The notes beneath the pieces were generated by a model. It did not search any database and had not been told where the DNA came from. It saw nothing but the letters and a program-made list of their open reading frames with translations. From Vulcanimicrobiales bacterium (lineage in GTDB: Bacteria > Vulcanimicrobiota > Vulcanimicrobiia > Vulcanimicrobiales > Vulcanimicrobiaceae), in assembly GCA_038231455.1 (NCBI GenBank), contig JBBRLI010000002.1, positions 196,337 through 260,336 of the forward strand: a stretch of DNA of 64,000 nucleotides. The letters are read 5' to 3'. Positions 37,606-46,327 of the stretch are shown here, piece by piece. The stretch's first letter is position 1. Every line of letters starts with the position of its first letter. Position numbers and translations under genes: made by a program.

Positions 37606-40600
37606 TCACGGTATCACCGCCGCGTCCAAGGCGCGTCCAAAGCGTCTCTCGAACGCGCGGCCGATTGCATCGTTGAACGGCAGCCAGCGATACATTGGCC
37701 GGGCCCCTTTGTCCGGAATCGTCGAAAGGCGGCGCTTGTATTCGGCGTACGCGCGCCGCAAAGCGTCCTGAGATTCTTCATCGCGTCCGAGCGCTCCGAG
37801 CAACGTACTCTTCACCCAGTCGAAGTACTGCGGAAACATCATCTGATCGACGTCATGCTGCTCGGCTTGCGCGAAGGTCTCGAGAACCGCCGCGGCACCT
37901 GTGAGGTCCGACGTGTCGAGGTACGCGAGGCCGAGATCGCACAGGTCCGCCAAGAGATCGGCGCCTTCGTTCAACGTTCGGCGAATTGCAATTCCTTCGG
38001 TCATATGCGCGATCCCCGCCGCGTACTGTCCCCGATCGCGTTCGGCGGCGCCGAGGTTTGCCAGCGCGTGGGCTTCGAGGGAACGGTTCGCCAGCGTTCG
38101 CGCAAGGCACAACGCCACGTGAGCACGTTCGGCAGCTGCGGTCGGATCGCCGAGATACAGCGAGCACAGTGACGAATTGAGTTCGCAGAGTAATTCGCCA
38201 CGCACATCCTTGAGCGACCGGAAGATCGGCTTTGCCGATTCATACGCGAGCAATGCGGCGCTGCAATCTCCGGTGAGCAGTCGCAACGTACCGACATTCA
38301 GAAAGACGACGGCCTCGCCTTGCTGCTTTCCAAGTGCGCGATAGAGTTCGGCTGCGGCGCGATAGTGCGTTTCTGCAAGCGTCACGTCGAACGCCCTTCC
38401 GATCGCCGCTCCAAGCCCGGCGTGCGCGTCGGCCGCGCCTTCTCGATCGCCGATGCGATCGAAGAGCGCGAGCAGTTGCGCTCCGGCGTCTCGAGCGCTA
38501 GTGAAGTTGCGTTCGTCCATTTCGAGCTTAACGGCTGCGCTTAGGACACGCGCCAAAAGAACCGTATCTGCTGTGAGGTTCGCAACCTCGCGCGCTGCCG
38601 CTAACTCGGCAGCCGCATCGTGATACCGGCCATCGCCGGAATACAGTTCGGCAAGCAGACAGTGCGACGTTCCACGATCGGTGAGGTCCGTGTCGGCCGA
38701 CTGCAACGCGAGTGCTCGACGCGCCGCCGTAATCGCAGGCGCGTTTTCGCCGAGAGCTTTGTGGTAGAGCGCACGCGCCACATGCCGCGCCGCCTCGAGC
38801 GACTCTTCGCTGTGGTCTTCTTGGAGCGCGTCCAGCTCGATAAGAGCCGCCGCTTCTTGCGCGCGGTCGCCCAGGCTATGGTGAAAGGCGATGCGTCGCA
38901 GCAGCAAGTTGGAGCGGACGCGCGTTACCTCGTCACCGGCAGCATCGCGTTCTAGGGCGGCTAGCTGTTCGGCCTGGGCGGTACGGTCACCGATTCGTGC
39001 GTAAAGACTTTCCAAGAGGAGCGACAATTCAATCCGCGTTGAGGCGTCCGTGCAGCCCGCAAGGCCGCGGCCGGCAAATTCCACGGCATCGCGATTGGCG
39101 AAGAGACGTTGTGCAGAGCGTGCAGCACGCAAGTAATACGGCGCCGCCGCTTCATTTTGACCCGCGTTTGCGAGATGAAACGCGATCTGTGGGGCGAGGT
39201 CGTCCAGCCGCGCCGGATAGAGCTCGCACAGTGCACGTGCAATGCGCCGGTGACGTCGTTTCTTCGTTGCGACGCTACATCGATCGTAGATCGCCGCGTG
39301 GATCAAGTGGTGGCCGAACGCAAAATCGGACGCCCCGACGGCCGATTCGCGAATCAGTTGACGGTCGAGCAACTCGTCCAGAGCATCGAGAAGCGCCGAC
39401 TCGTCCCATCCGCACACTTCTTTAAGCAGTTCGACATCGAAGTTTGCTCCGATGACGGCTGCGGCCTCGACGAGCGACTGCGCCCGTTCCGAAAGGCTCG
39501 CTGCGCGCTTGAGGATCCACGCCGGTATTCCATCGATCCCCGTACCGAGTGCGGTCGCGCCTTCGGCATGCGACCGCAACATCTCCGTGAGGAAGAACGG
39601 ATTGCCCTCACTGTCGGCAAACAGCTGCTCGGCAAGCTCTGGTACGCCCCGCGCCTTCGCGATCAACGCGACGGTGTCGCATGAGAGCGGACCAAGTGAG
39701 ACGTGTTTGGCGAAGCCCGGCTCTTCCAGCAGTCGTCGCAGCGCGCGCACCGGGTGCGCTCGCGAGACTTCTTCGTCGCGGTAGGAAATGACGATGAGAA
39801 GATGCGCTTCGGAGACGCGACGGGCGAGATAGCCGAGAAGATTCGCCGTACCGGTGCCGGCTAAATGGACGTCTTCGACGACGAGCAGAACGGGACGCGT
39901 CTTGGTGAGCTCGAGCAGCAACTGTGCTACCGCTTCGAAGAGGCGCAACTCCTCACGTCCCGGGGCGAGCGCCGGAAGCGTTTCAACGGGCGCCTTTCCA
40001 CGACGCAATTCCGGTAATAGCGCGGACAGCGATTCGTGCCACACGGGCGCGAGCTTCAGGTGCGGATAAAGAGGTATCGCCATGCGGAGAGCCTGCGATA
40101 CGGCGTCGTACGGTGAGGACTCGACCGCAGCCGCCGCCCCCATGAGAACTCGTGCGCCTTCCGCTTCCGCGAGGAGCGCCAATTCTGCGGCGATGCGGGA
40201 CTTGCCGATCCCCGCTTCACCGCTGAGAAGCACAACGTTGCCATGGCCGCGCGCGGCCTGCGACCATCGCGCGGTCAACAAGCTCAGGATTTCTTGCCGG
40301 CCGGTAAACGGTAGAACCGCAGATTTCGCGCGCTTATCGGTCTCCGTCATCGTGCCCGAACGTTCCAGCACCGAGGTGTTGCGTCGAATCGCTTCGTACG
40401 CGGCAACGGTTTCCGGCATCGGATCGAGGTCCATTTCCATACGCAATCGCTTCGCAAAGTCGAGGTACTCCGCGAGTGCGCCTGCGCGGTCGCCCAGCTC
40501 GAAACGCACGTTCATCGATTGCCGGATCGCATCCTCACGCCAAGAGTCGGCGCGCAACGCTTGCTGGATGTAGGTCAGCGCCCCTTTGAAATCACGCCGA

Positions 40601-41130
40601 CTCCGGTGTTCGAAAGCGAGCGCGTCGAGGTCTGCGATATACAGGAGTCGTAGTCGCTCGCGATACCGGAAGACCCACTCGTCGTGAACGGTGTCCATCA
40701 AATCGCCGGTATAGAGATGGACCGCATCGTCCAGCGACGCGGGCGACGCGCTGAGGCGTTCGAACTCCTCGACGTCGAACCAAAGCGGCACAAGCGGGTT
40801 CCACTGCACCGTCTTGCCATCGGCTACGATCACCGGCGGTTGATGCGACGACGGATTGAGGACGTGTTGAAGCTGTGAGAGGTGGCGGCGAAGGTTTGCG
40901 CGCGATTTCGCCTCGTCGTCGTCGGGCCAAAATACCGACGTGAGCTGCTCCCGGTCGACCGGCGCCTTGCGATTGAGCAAGAGATACCCGATCAAGGGAA
41001 ACGCTTTCGGCGGAGCAGTGAAACGCAACGGCACGTCGTCCAGCCAAAATCGCGCTTGGCCGAGGAGTGCAACACGGAGCGTCGGACGCGACGCTCGTCG
41101 CGGTGTCCTAGTGACGGATGATGTGATCAT
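37606..41130 (-). CDS. AfsR/SARP-like transcriptional regulator (wHTH-BTAD-STAND ATPase-TPR)
   Basis: N-terminal LLG...REQLTSVFWP..NLRRHL wHTH, BTAD (FDVEEF, LYTGDL), Walker A GEAGIGKS, Walker B LVVEDVH, TPR C-terminus; start approximate. Confidence 0.9.
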   Translation of the reverse strand: MITSSVTRTPRRASRPTLRVALLGQARFWLDDVPLRFTAPPKAFPLIGYLLLNRKAPVDREQLTSVFWPDDDEAKSRANLRRHLSQLQHVLNPSSHQPPVIVADGKTVQWNPLVPLWFDVEEFERLSASPASLDDAVHLYTGDLMDTVHDEWVFRYRERLRLLYIADLDALAFEHRSRRDFKGALTYIQQALRADSWREDAIRQSMNVRFELGDRAGALAEYLDFAKRLRMEMDLDPMPETVAAYEAIRRNTSVLERSGTMTETDKRAKSAVLPFTGRQEILSLLTARWSQAARGHGNVVLLSGEAGIGKSRIAAELALLAEAEGARVLMGAAAAVESSPYDAVSQALRMAIPLYPHLKLAPVWHESLSALLPELRRGKAPVETLPALAPGREELRLFEAVAQLLLELTKTRPVLLVVEDVHLAGTGTANLLGYLARRVSEAHLLIVISYRDEEVSRAHPVRALRRLLEEPGFAKHVSLGPLSCDTVALIAKARGVPELAEQLFADSEGNPFFLTEMLRSHAEGATALGTGIDGIPAWILKRAASLSERAQSLVEAAAVIGANFDVELLKEVCGWDESALLDALDELLDRQLIRESAVGASDFAFGHHLIHAAIYDRCSVATKKRRHRRIARALCELYPARLDDLAPQIAFHLANAGQNEAAAPYYLRAARSAQRLFANRDAVEFAGRGLAGCTDASTRIELSLLLESLYARIGDRTAQAEQLAALERDAAGDEVTRVRSNLLLRRIAFHHSLGDRAQEAAALIELDALQEDHSEESLEAARHVARALYHKALGENAPAITAARRALALQSADTDLTDRGTSHCLLAELYSGDGRYHDAAAELAAAREVANLTADTVLLARVLSAAVKLEMDERNFTSARDAGAQLLALFDRIGDREGAADAHAGLGAAIGRAFDVTLAETHYRAAAELYRALGKQQGEAVVFLNVGTLRLLTGDCSAALLAYESAKPIFRSLKDVRGELLCELNSSLCSLYLGDPTAAAERAHVALCLARTLANRSLEAHALANLGAAERDRGQYAAGIAHMTEGIAIRRTLNEGADLLADLCDLGLAYLDTSDLTGAAAVLETFAQAEQHDVDQMMFPQYFDWVKSTLLGALGRDEESQDALRRAYAEYKRRLSTIPDKGARPMYRWLPFNDAIGRAFERRFGRALDAAVIP
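37608..37640 (-). promoter_or_regulatory. Heptamer direct-repeat (SARP-type) promoter 2, inside regulator 3' end
   Basis: TTGGACG-N4-TTGGACG-N9-TACCGT-N7-ATG(37600). Confidence 0.6.
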
Positions 41131-41391
41131 CGGGCCGGCTTTCCGGGCGAAACCTGTTGCGGTTTTCGCGAGCGTGCGGCATATCCCGCTGCACGTTTCT
41201 TGGGGTGATTTGTAGCCCAGCCGGGCGCGAAACATCAGCTCGAGCGAAAAGTCGCGCGCCCACTGAATTGCGCGAGCCCACGGGGTTTGGCGACGCGATC
41301 TCCGGGGAAGTTCACAAGCAAGTTGAAGTGCGCTCGTACGTCTGGCGCAGATACGCGCGATTTCGCTACTCGCTCGACACCCGGGAGGCAT

Positions 41392-41832
41392 ATGGACCTA
41401 TCAGAAATGGTGAGGCGCTATCGGGCCCTTTGCCTCGCCGCTATCACCGTCGGCCTCCTGAGTGCGTGCGGTGGCGGCGGGTCGTCGTCTGGGACTTCGG
41501 CGCTGCCGTCCGCCCCAACGACAACGACGCCCTCGCCCGGCCCCACTCCCACGCCAAATTCGGGCATCGTGCTTACGCCGCCGACGATAACGTTGACCGC
41601 CCCGAACACCTACGTTTCGTTCACAGCCTCACAAACCGGAAACACCACGTTCACTGCGTCGTTTACCTGTAATAACAAGTCGACGCTTAGCCTGCAGTCG
41701 GGGACCAATCCCGGAGATTTCCGAATTGAAATCTTTGGTACGCCAATCGTGAAGACCGATGCCTGTCTTGTCACGGTGCTCGGCGCGAACAATCTCTCTG
41801 CCGTGGAGACGGTTAACGTCAGCGTTCCGTAG
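41392..41832 (+). CDS. Lipoprotein, hypothetical
   Basis: GGGAGG RBS; lipobox LSAC followed by GGGG and S/T/P linker. Confidence 0.7.
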   Translation: MDLSEMVRRYRALCLAAITVGLLSACGGGGSSSGTSALPSAPTTTTPSPGPTPTPNSGIVLTPPTITLTAPNTYVSFTASQTGNTTFTASFTCNNKSTLSLQSGTNPGDFRIEIFGTPIVKTDACLVTVLGANNLSAVETVNVSVP

Positions 41833-41835
41833 CGA

Positions 41836-42021
41836 CTAGGGTCCCGCGGGCGGGCGGCCGGTGATCGCGGACCACAGCGCGTTGATTCGCATACCCAAGG
41901 TCCGATCGCGTCGGTCTCCTTCGCGGCGGTCGATATCGACGGTGGCCTGCGTGGTCCGACGCTCGGCTCGCGCTCGTCGGTGACCTTCTTCGCGCTCTGC
42001 GGCAGTTTGCTCGAATTCCAT
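41836..42021 (-). CDS. Possible small hypothetical protein
   Basis: 61-aa ATG ORF with ERR/DRR repeats filling an intergenic gap; no other support. Confidence 0.35.
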   Translation of the reverse strand: MEFEQTAAEREEGHRRARAERRTTQATVDIDRREGDRRDRTLGMRINALWSAITGRPPAGP

Positions 42022-42259
42022 GTTTTTTGTTTATCGGCAAAACGCCGCAAACACTTAGTCGCCATTTTGGCATGGATGCAACCGGGCTCGCCGACGCCGA
42101 TGCGCCAGGGCGATGGAATGATGGCTACATCGATCCTCAGCATTCCAAAGCTTGCATTAAGGGGCTAGGCATGAGAGAGGATTCCGTATCGGCGACACGC
42201 CATGCTCGAGCTAAGGCCGCACGCTCGGCCGCGATCTCGCGCACTCTCGGGAAGGTGTT

Positions 42260-43726
42260 TTGATGAAGCGGACCCTGCTACGGATTGCTGCCGTCGGTCT
42301 TGTTGCCTCGCTCGTTGCATGCTCGGGCGGCGCGGCTTCCACGCCCACGATGATGCGAGATCCCGATCTTCTGGGCGTACCGCCGCCCGCGACGCAGCGC
42401 GGTACGCAGACGGCACGGCAAATCACGATTCCCGCATCGGCAAAACGCCGGACACAGTCGACGAACGTTTCGATTGGGGATCCCGGATTCGAGTCCGGCG
42501 GTTTCACGTCGTGGTCGCAGTGCGGTAACGTGAACGCAGCGATATCGACCACGCATGCACATTCGGGGACTTACGCGCAACGCAGCGGATCGACCAACGC
42601 TTCGACGGGTGAAATCAATGGTGATGCGGGCGTTTGCCAGGCCGTTGCAATTCCCGCAAGCGCGACGCTTTCGTTTTACGTGTATCCGCTCTCCAACGAG
42701 TCATCGACAACCTACTCGTATCAAGAAGCAGACTTGCTCGATTCGACCGGCGCGACCGTCAAACAGTTTTATGTTTCGGTATCGAATGCGGGCTCATGGA
42801 CGCTCAAGACATTCGATCTCTCCGCATACGCGGGCCAAACGCTGTATTTGTACTTTGGCGTCCACGGTGACGGCTACGCGAGCGCCTACACGATTCAGTA
42901 CGTCGATGATGTGACGATCACCGCGGCCGGCGGCACGCCGACGCCGACTCCGACTCCGCTTGCGACGCCAACTCCGGCTGTGACGCCGACACCTGGCGCG
43001 ACGGCGACACCAACGCCGATTGCAACGGCAACGCCGACACCCGGTGCAACGGCGACCCCGACGCCCAAGCCCACGGCATCGCCGACGCCCGTCGTGACGG
43101 CGACCCCAACCGCGACGCCGACCCCGGTGCCCACCCCAACGCCGGGAAGCGGCCCAACGCCAATCCCGCCCCCGAGCGGCGGCGGTGGTGCAACGTGCGG
43201 CATTCACTGCGGCACCGAGCGCTGGCACGTCAAAACCCTCGATGACCCGCAAGCATCGCAAGTAAACCGCACACCGCTCCTAACGACGGTCGACACGCTC
43301 GTTCACGCCGCGGTTCCCTCCGGCTTGAGCTCATCGTCCGACAACATCCGATTTGCGCCATGGGAATTGCAGACGGTAAAAGTCCGCGCCACGTTTGTGG
43401 GTTGGAAAACCGAAGCCGACAACGACTATCACGTGGTGATCGCCGACATGAATAACCCGGGCGAAACGATGATCATCGAACCGCCATCGCAGTCGTGTTC
43501 GGCAGCGTGCCAATCCGGCTATGGATCGCTGTTTCAAAGTTCGCGTGACGCGCTCGTTGCATGCTTTGGAAGTCCGCCGTCGTCGTTCACGGGATCCTCG
43601 AAAACCGTCGTTATGGATATCACGGGCGTGCCGCTATTCGATCTCTTACACGGTCAAACGGGCGTGGCTCCCAACGGCATCGAGATCCATCCGATCGTGA
43701 GCATTTCGTTCGTCTCTGGTTGTTGA
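42260..43726 (+). CDS. Modular lipoprotein: carbohydrate-binding-like domain, Pro/Thr linker, uncharacterised C-terminal domain
   Basis: Lipobox LVAC; DPGFESG...YVDDV jelly-roll pattern; long TPTP linker; CGTERWHVKT...IEIHP. Confidence 0.8.
   Translation: MMKRTLLRIAAVGLVASLVACSGGAASTPTMMRDPDLLGVPPPATQRGTQTARQITIPASAKRRTQSTNVSIGDPGFESGGFTSWSQCGNVNAAISTTHAHSGTYAQRSGSTNASTGEINGDAGVCQAVAIPASATLSFYVYPLSNESSTTYSYQEADLLDSTGATVKQFYVSVSNAGSWTLKTFDLSAYAGQTLYLYFGVHGDGYASAYTIQYVDDVTITAAGGTPTPTPTPLATPTPAVTPTPGATATPTPIATATPTPGATATPTPKPTASPTPVVTATPTATPTPVPTPTPGSGPTPIPPPSGGGGATCGIHCGTERWHVKTLDDPQASQVNRTPLLTTVDTLVHAAVPSGLSSSSDNIRFAPWELQTVKVRATFVGWKTEADNDYHVVIADMNNPGETMIIEPPSQSCSAACQSGYGSLFQSSRDALVACFGSPPSSFTGSSKTVVMDITGVPLFDLLHGQTGVAPNGIEIHPIVSISFVSGC
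42932..43172 (+). repeat. Low-complexity Pro/Thr linker-coding repeats
   Basis: Degenerate ACGCCG-type repeats encoding (A)TPTP units. Confidence 0.8.
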
Positions 43727-44247
43727 CCGCGCGAGGTGCTTTCGTGCTCGCGTTCGCGCTCGTCGCGAACGCGGGCTGTTCTCCAAAAGCCCCGGATCCG
43801 AGCGCTGCGGTAGCGCCGGTCCCGCTTGCGTCCGAGCGAGCGGCAGTCGCCGAACGTCTTGCCGCACGCGATCGTGACACGACCGCGACGCGGCGTCTTG
43901 CAAACGCACGCATTGCCGATGTGCGCGCACGCGATGTGACCCATCCAAACGATACGCGCGAACGGTTTCTCGTGATGATTCGCAATCGCGGGAACCGTCC
44001 GATCGAGAAGGTCGCAATTGGGATGACCCTCTTTGGGGAAGACCGTCATCGGCTCGGATTGACGGAGATCGAGATCGAGCGGCATATCGCGCCGGGTGCG
44101 ATGCAATCCGTGCCGGTCGAGGTGACTTTTCTGCTCTTTGCCGAGGGCGCACAACGGGTGCGCGCAGCCGCTGGCCGGCCGAAAGTCCTGGATGTCGATG
44201 TCAAAGACATCAGGCTCGCCGGGGCACCGGAGCACGATAGCGATTGA
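43723..44247 (+). CDS. Hypothetical lipoprotein
   Basis: TTG overlapping upstream TGA; hydrophobic stretch then NAGC. Confidence 0.55.
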   Translation: MTARGAFVLAFALVANAGCSPKAPDPSAAVAPVPLASERAAVAERLAARDRDTTATRRLANARIADVRARDVTHPNDTRERFLVMIRNRGNRPIEKVAIGMTLFGEDRHRLGLTEIEIERHIAPGAMQSVPVEVTFLLFAEGAQRVRAAAGRPKVLDVDVKDIRLAGAPEHDSD

Positions 44248-44280
44248 GGGACTGCCGGCATTATGCCGATAGATCCCTAG

Positions 44281-45402
44281 ATGGGTCGGATTTTCGTTTT
44301 GCTGGTGGCGATCTTGTTCTGCTGCGTCCAGCCAGCACGGGCGATTCCGCAATTTTCGCGACTAACAGGCGTCCATTGCGACGCGTGTCATAGCGCGCAG
44401 CGGGCGACGACCGACCTTGGCGACTTTTACCGCCGTAACGGTTTCCGGATGCCAAATCTTGGCATCCATAGCACCCCGCTCTTCTCGGTCATCGGGAGCG
44501 CGGGGACACATAGCGGCTCAGCGGCGCTTGGCACCTCGCCGCAACTCACCCAGAAACTGTACGCGTTCCTGACTGCGCGGCTGAGTCGTGAAGTCGTCGC
44601 GGGATACGAATATTATCACGCCCGCGACGGGCAGTTTTTCATCGACACCAATCAGCCGTTCGTACAATTTTCGACGCGCGGTTCGTTTGCCGGGTCTCCT
44701 ATCCGGGTGTTCGTCGGTTCGCCTGCGTTGCCGCTGCCGGTCGATACCGATGCGTATCGTCAAACGATCTCGCGCTATGCGATTTACGATCAAACCGTTG
44801 GCGTGAATCCGTTTAGTTTGAGCAGCGCGCGAAACGCCGCTTCGCTCGGCGTCGGCAGTCAAGTGCGCGGACCCAGCGCGACGCTCGTTGTCGCGCCGGG
44901 AGTCGATCAGCGCTCGAAGTTCGCGACGGCTGGTAGCGATCGGATGTTCGAAGCGCACGAGGCAGTCGGCGGTCTTGTGATCGGCGGTTACCAGTACACG
45001 GGAACGCGTGCAACCGGCAAGGTCTACGATGCGTTCGTGCGCCGTGCGATCGTGACCGATTATTATATCGGAAAGCTTGCGGTGGAGACGCTCGCGCAGA
45101 CCGGTTACAACAGTAGTCCCTTTGGCAACGGCGTCGGGGTGGCATCGAGCGGCGGCTACGCGCAACTGCGCTATCTCTTCCCAGAACGGATCAGCGCGAC
45201 CGCGCGCTACGACGGCGTTTCGCAATCGCGCGCCGGTGGATTTCGGCGGTCGCTCACGGTGAGCGCGTCGCGACCGATCGCGCATGGGTTGACCTTGCAG
45301 CTCGAAGACGTTGTACGCACCGCGCGTAAGACGACGCATACGCTCAACGTGCAAGTCGGCTTTGGTGTCGCCAACACGCGTGTTGGGTCGGCCGCCTACT
45401 AA
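44281..45402 (+). CDS. Monoheme cytochrome c fused to beta-barrel (Cyc2-like)
   Basis: Signal peptide then AIPQFSRLTGVHCDACH...G.FYRRNGF, followed by amphipathic beta strands. Confidence 0.7.
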   Translation: MGRIFVLLVAILFCCVQPARAIPQFSRLTGVHCDACHSAQRATTDLGDFYRRNGFRMPNLGIHSTPLFSVIGSAGTHSGSAALGTSPQLTQKLYAFLTARLSREVVAGYEYYHARDGQFFIDTNQPFVQFSTRGSFAGSPIRVFVGSPALPLPVDTDAYRQTISRYAIYDQTVGVNPFSLSSARNAASLGVGSQVRGPSATLVVAPGVDQRSKFATAGSDRMFEAHEAVGGLVIGGYQYTGTRATGKVYDAFVRRAIVTDYYIGKLAVETLAQTGYNSSPFGNGVGVASSGGYAQLRYLFPERISATARYDGVSQSRAGGFRRSLTVSASRPIAHGLTLQLEDVVRTARKTTHTLNVQVGFGVANTRVGSAAY

Positions 45403-45605
45403 CCGATCTTTGCGTTTTTGAGGGCGAGCAGGACGGGCTCTGCGATCGCCTCGCAGCAAAGCTGGAGTTGGAAGGCATAGGTTCCGTCCTCGCAGCGTGC
45501 GGCGCCGGGTACAGCGCGCGGGTGGTTCGAGCAGCGCACGTCTTTGAGCGCGGCGTCGATCGCATCGGCGACCAAGACGCCTTCGTGAATCTCGGGTTCG
45601 GGCAT
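45399..45605 (-). CDS. Small Cys-containing hypothetical protein
   Basis: 68-aa ATG ORF, VRCSNH...LCCE. Confidence 0.5.
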   Translation of the reverse strand: MPEPEIHEGVLVADAIDAALKDVRCSNHPRAVPGAARCEDGTYAFQLQLCCEAIAEPVLLALKNAKIG

Positions 45606-45775
45606 GCTTAACGAATTGTCCTTAATTTATGAATTGGCAATTGCGACAGAGCCAACATGCTGGCACACCGCTCAACTAGCTTATGATCATGGCTCAATTG
45701 GATTCAGGCAACGGTTTCGCAGGTGTGTCGTTTTTGATAACCGATAATCCAGATGAGCCCACGCCGACCTCTAAA

Positions 45776-46183
45776 GTGAGGCGGGACACGAAGAGTGTCG
45801 GAGACCGATCGGAAGCAGAGGTCATACCGGCGTTGATTCGAAACGGGTTTTCGGTTTCAATTCCATTTGGTGAAAATCACCCCTACGACCTACTTGCAGA
45901 CGATGGCTCCAAGATTCATCGCATCCAAGTCAAAACAGGTCGACTCCTCGCATCAGGTTCGATCGTCTTCAATTGCTACAGCAGCCACCTCCATCGCGGT
46001 GGGCCTTGCCGATCGTACTTGGGTGAGGTAGAATATATCGCGGTGTACTGCCCCCAGCTTCACAAGGTATACCTTATCCCAGAATCGGACATCACCCGAA
46101 CCCAAGCGTACCTTCGGGTCTTGCCCGCGCGCAATTGTCAAAACAGGAAGTTGCGTTGGGCTGTGGATTACGAGCTGCTGTAG
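45776..46183 (+). CDS. PD-(D/E)XK endonuclease (group I intron-associated/I-Ssp6803I-like family)
   Basis: TKSVGDRSE, VSIPFGENHPYDLL, RIQVKTGR, VYCP...VYLIP; likely GTG start 45776 (ORF open from 45683); visibly lower GC than flanks. Confidence 0.85.
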   Translation: MRRDTKSVGDRSEAEVIPALIRNGFSVSIPFGENHPYDLLADDGSKIHRIQVKTGRLLASGSIVFNCYSSHLHRGGPCRSYLGEVEYIAVYCPQLHKVYLIPESDITRTQAYLRVLPARNCQNRKLRWAVDYELL

Positions 46184-46245
46184 CTTAGTGGTAAAGCATG
46201 TCATTGGTAATGACAAGAGCGTCGGTTCAATCCCGACCAGCAGCT
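46174..46245 (+). tRNA. tRNA-Thr(GGT)
   Basis: GCTGCTG/CAGCAGC acceptor, TGTCA-TTGGTAA-TGACA anticodon arm; CCA not encoded. Confidence 0.95.
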
Positions 46246-46250
46246 GATTT

Positions 46251-46283
46251 GAAAAAGAGGGACCGCTCGGTCTCTCTTTTTTC
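46251..46283 (+). terminator. Terminator after tRNA-Thr(GGT)
   Basis: GAAAAAGAGGGACCG-CT-CGGTCTCTCTTTTTTC. Confidence 0.75.
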
Positions 46284-46327
46284 TTGCCTTCGTCCAGCAT
46301 GGCTAAGATCGTCCTTAGGGAAGTCCA

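Noticed and set aside
42932-43172. CRISPR-like or VNTR array
   Set aside because: Degenerate repeats encode a Pro/Thr linker; no constant repeat-spacer structure and no cas genes
45606-46245. Group I intron in a tRNA hosting the PD-(D/E)XK gene
   Set aside because: The tRNA-Thr(GGT) is contiguous, no upstream tRNA half was found and no intron core was recognisable; an Infernal search would be decisive
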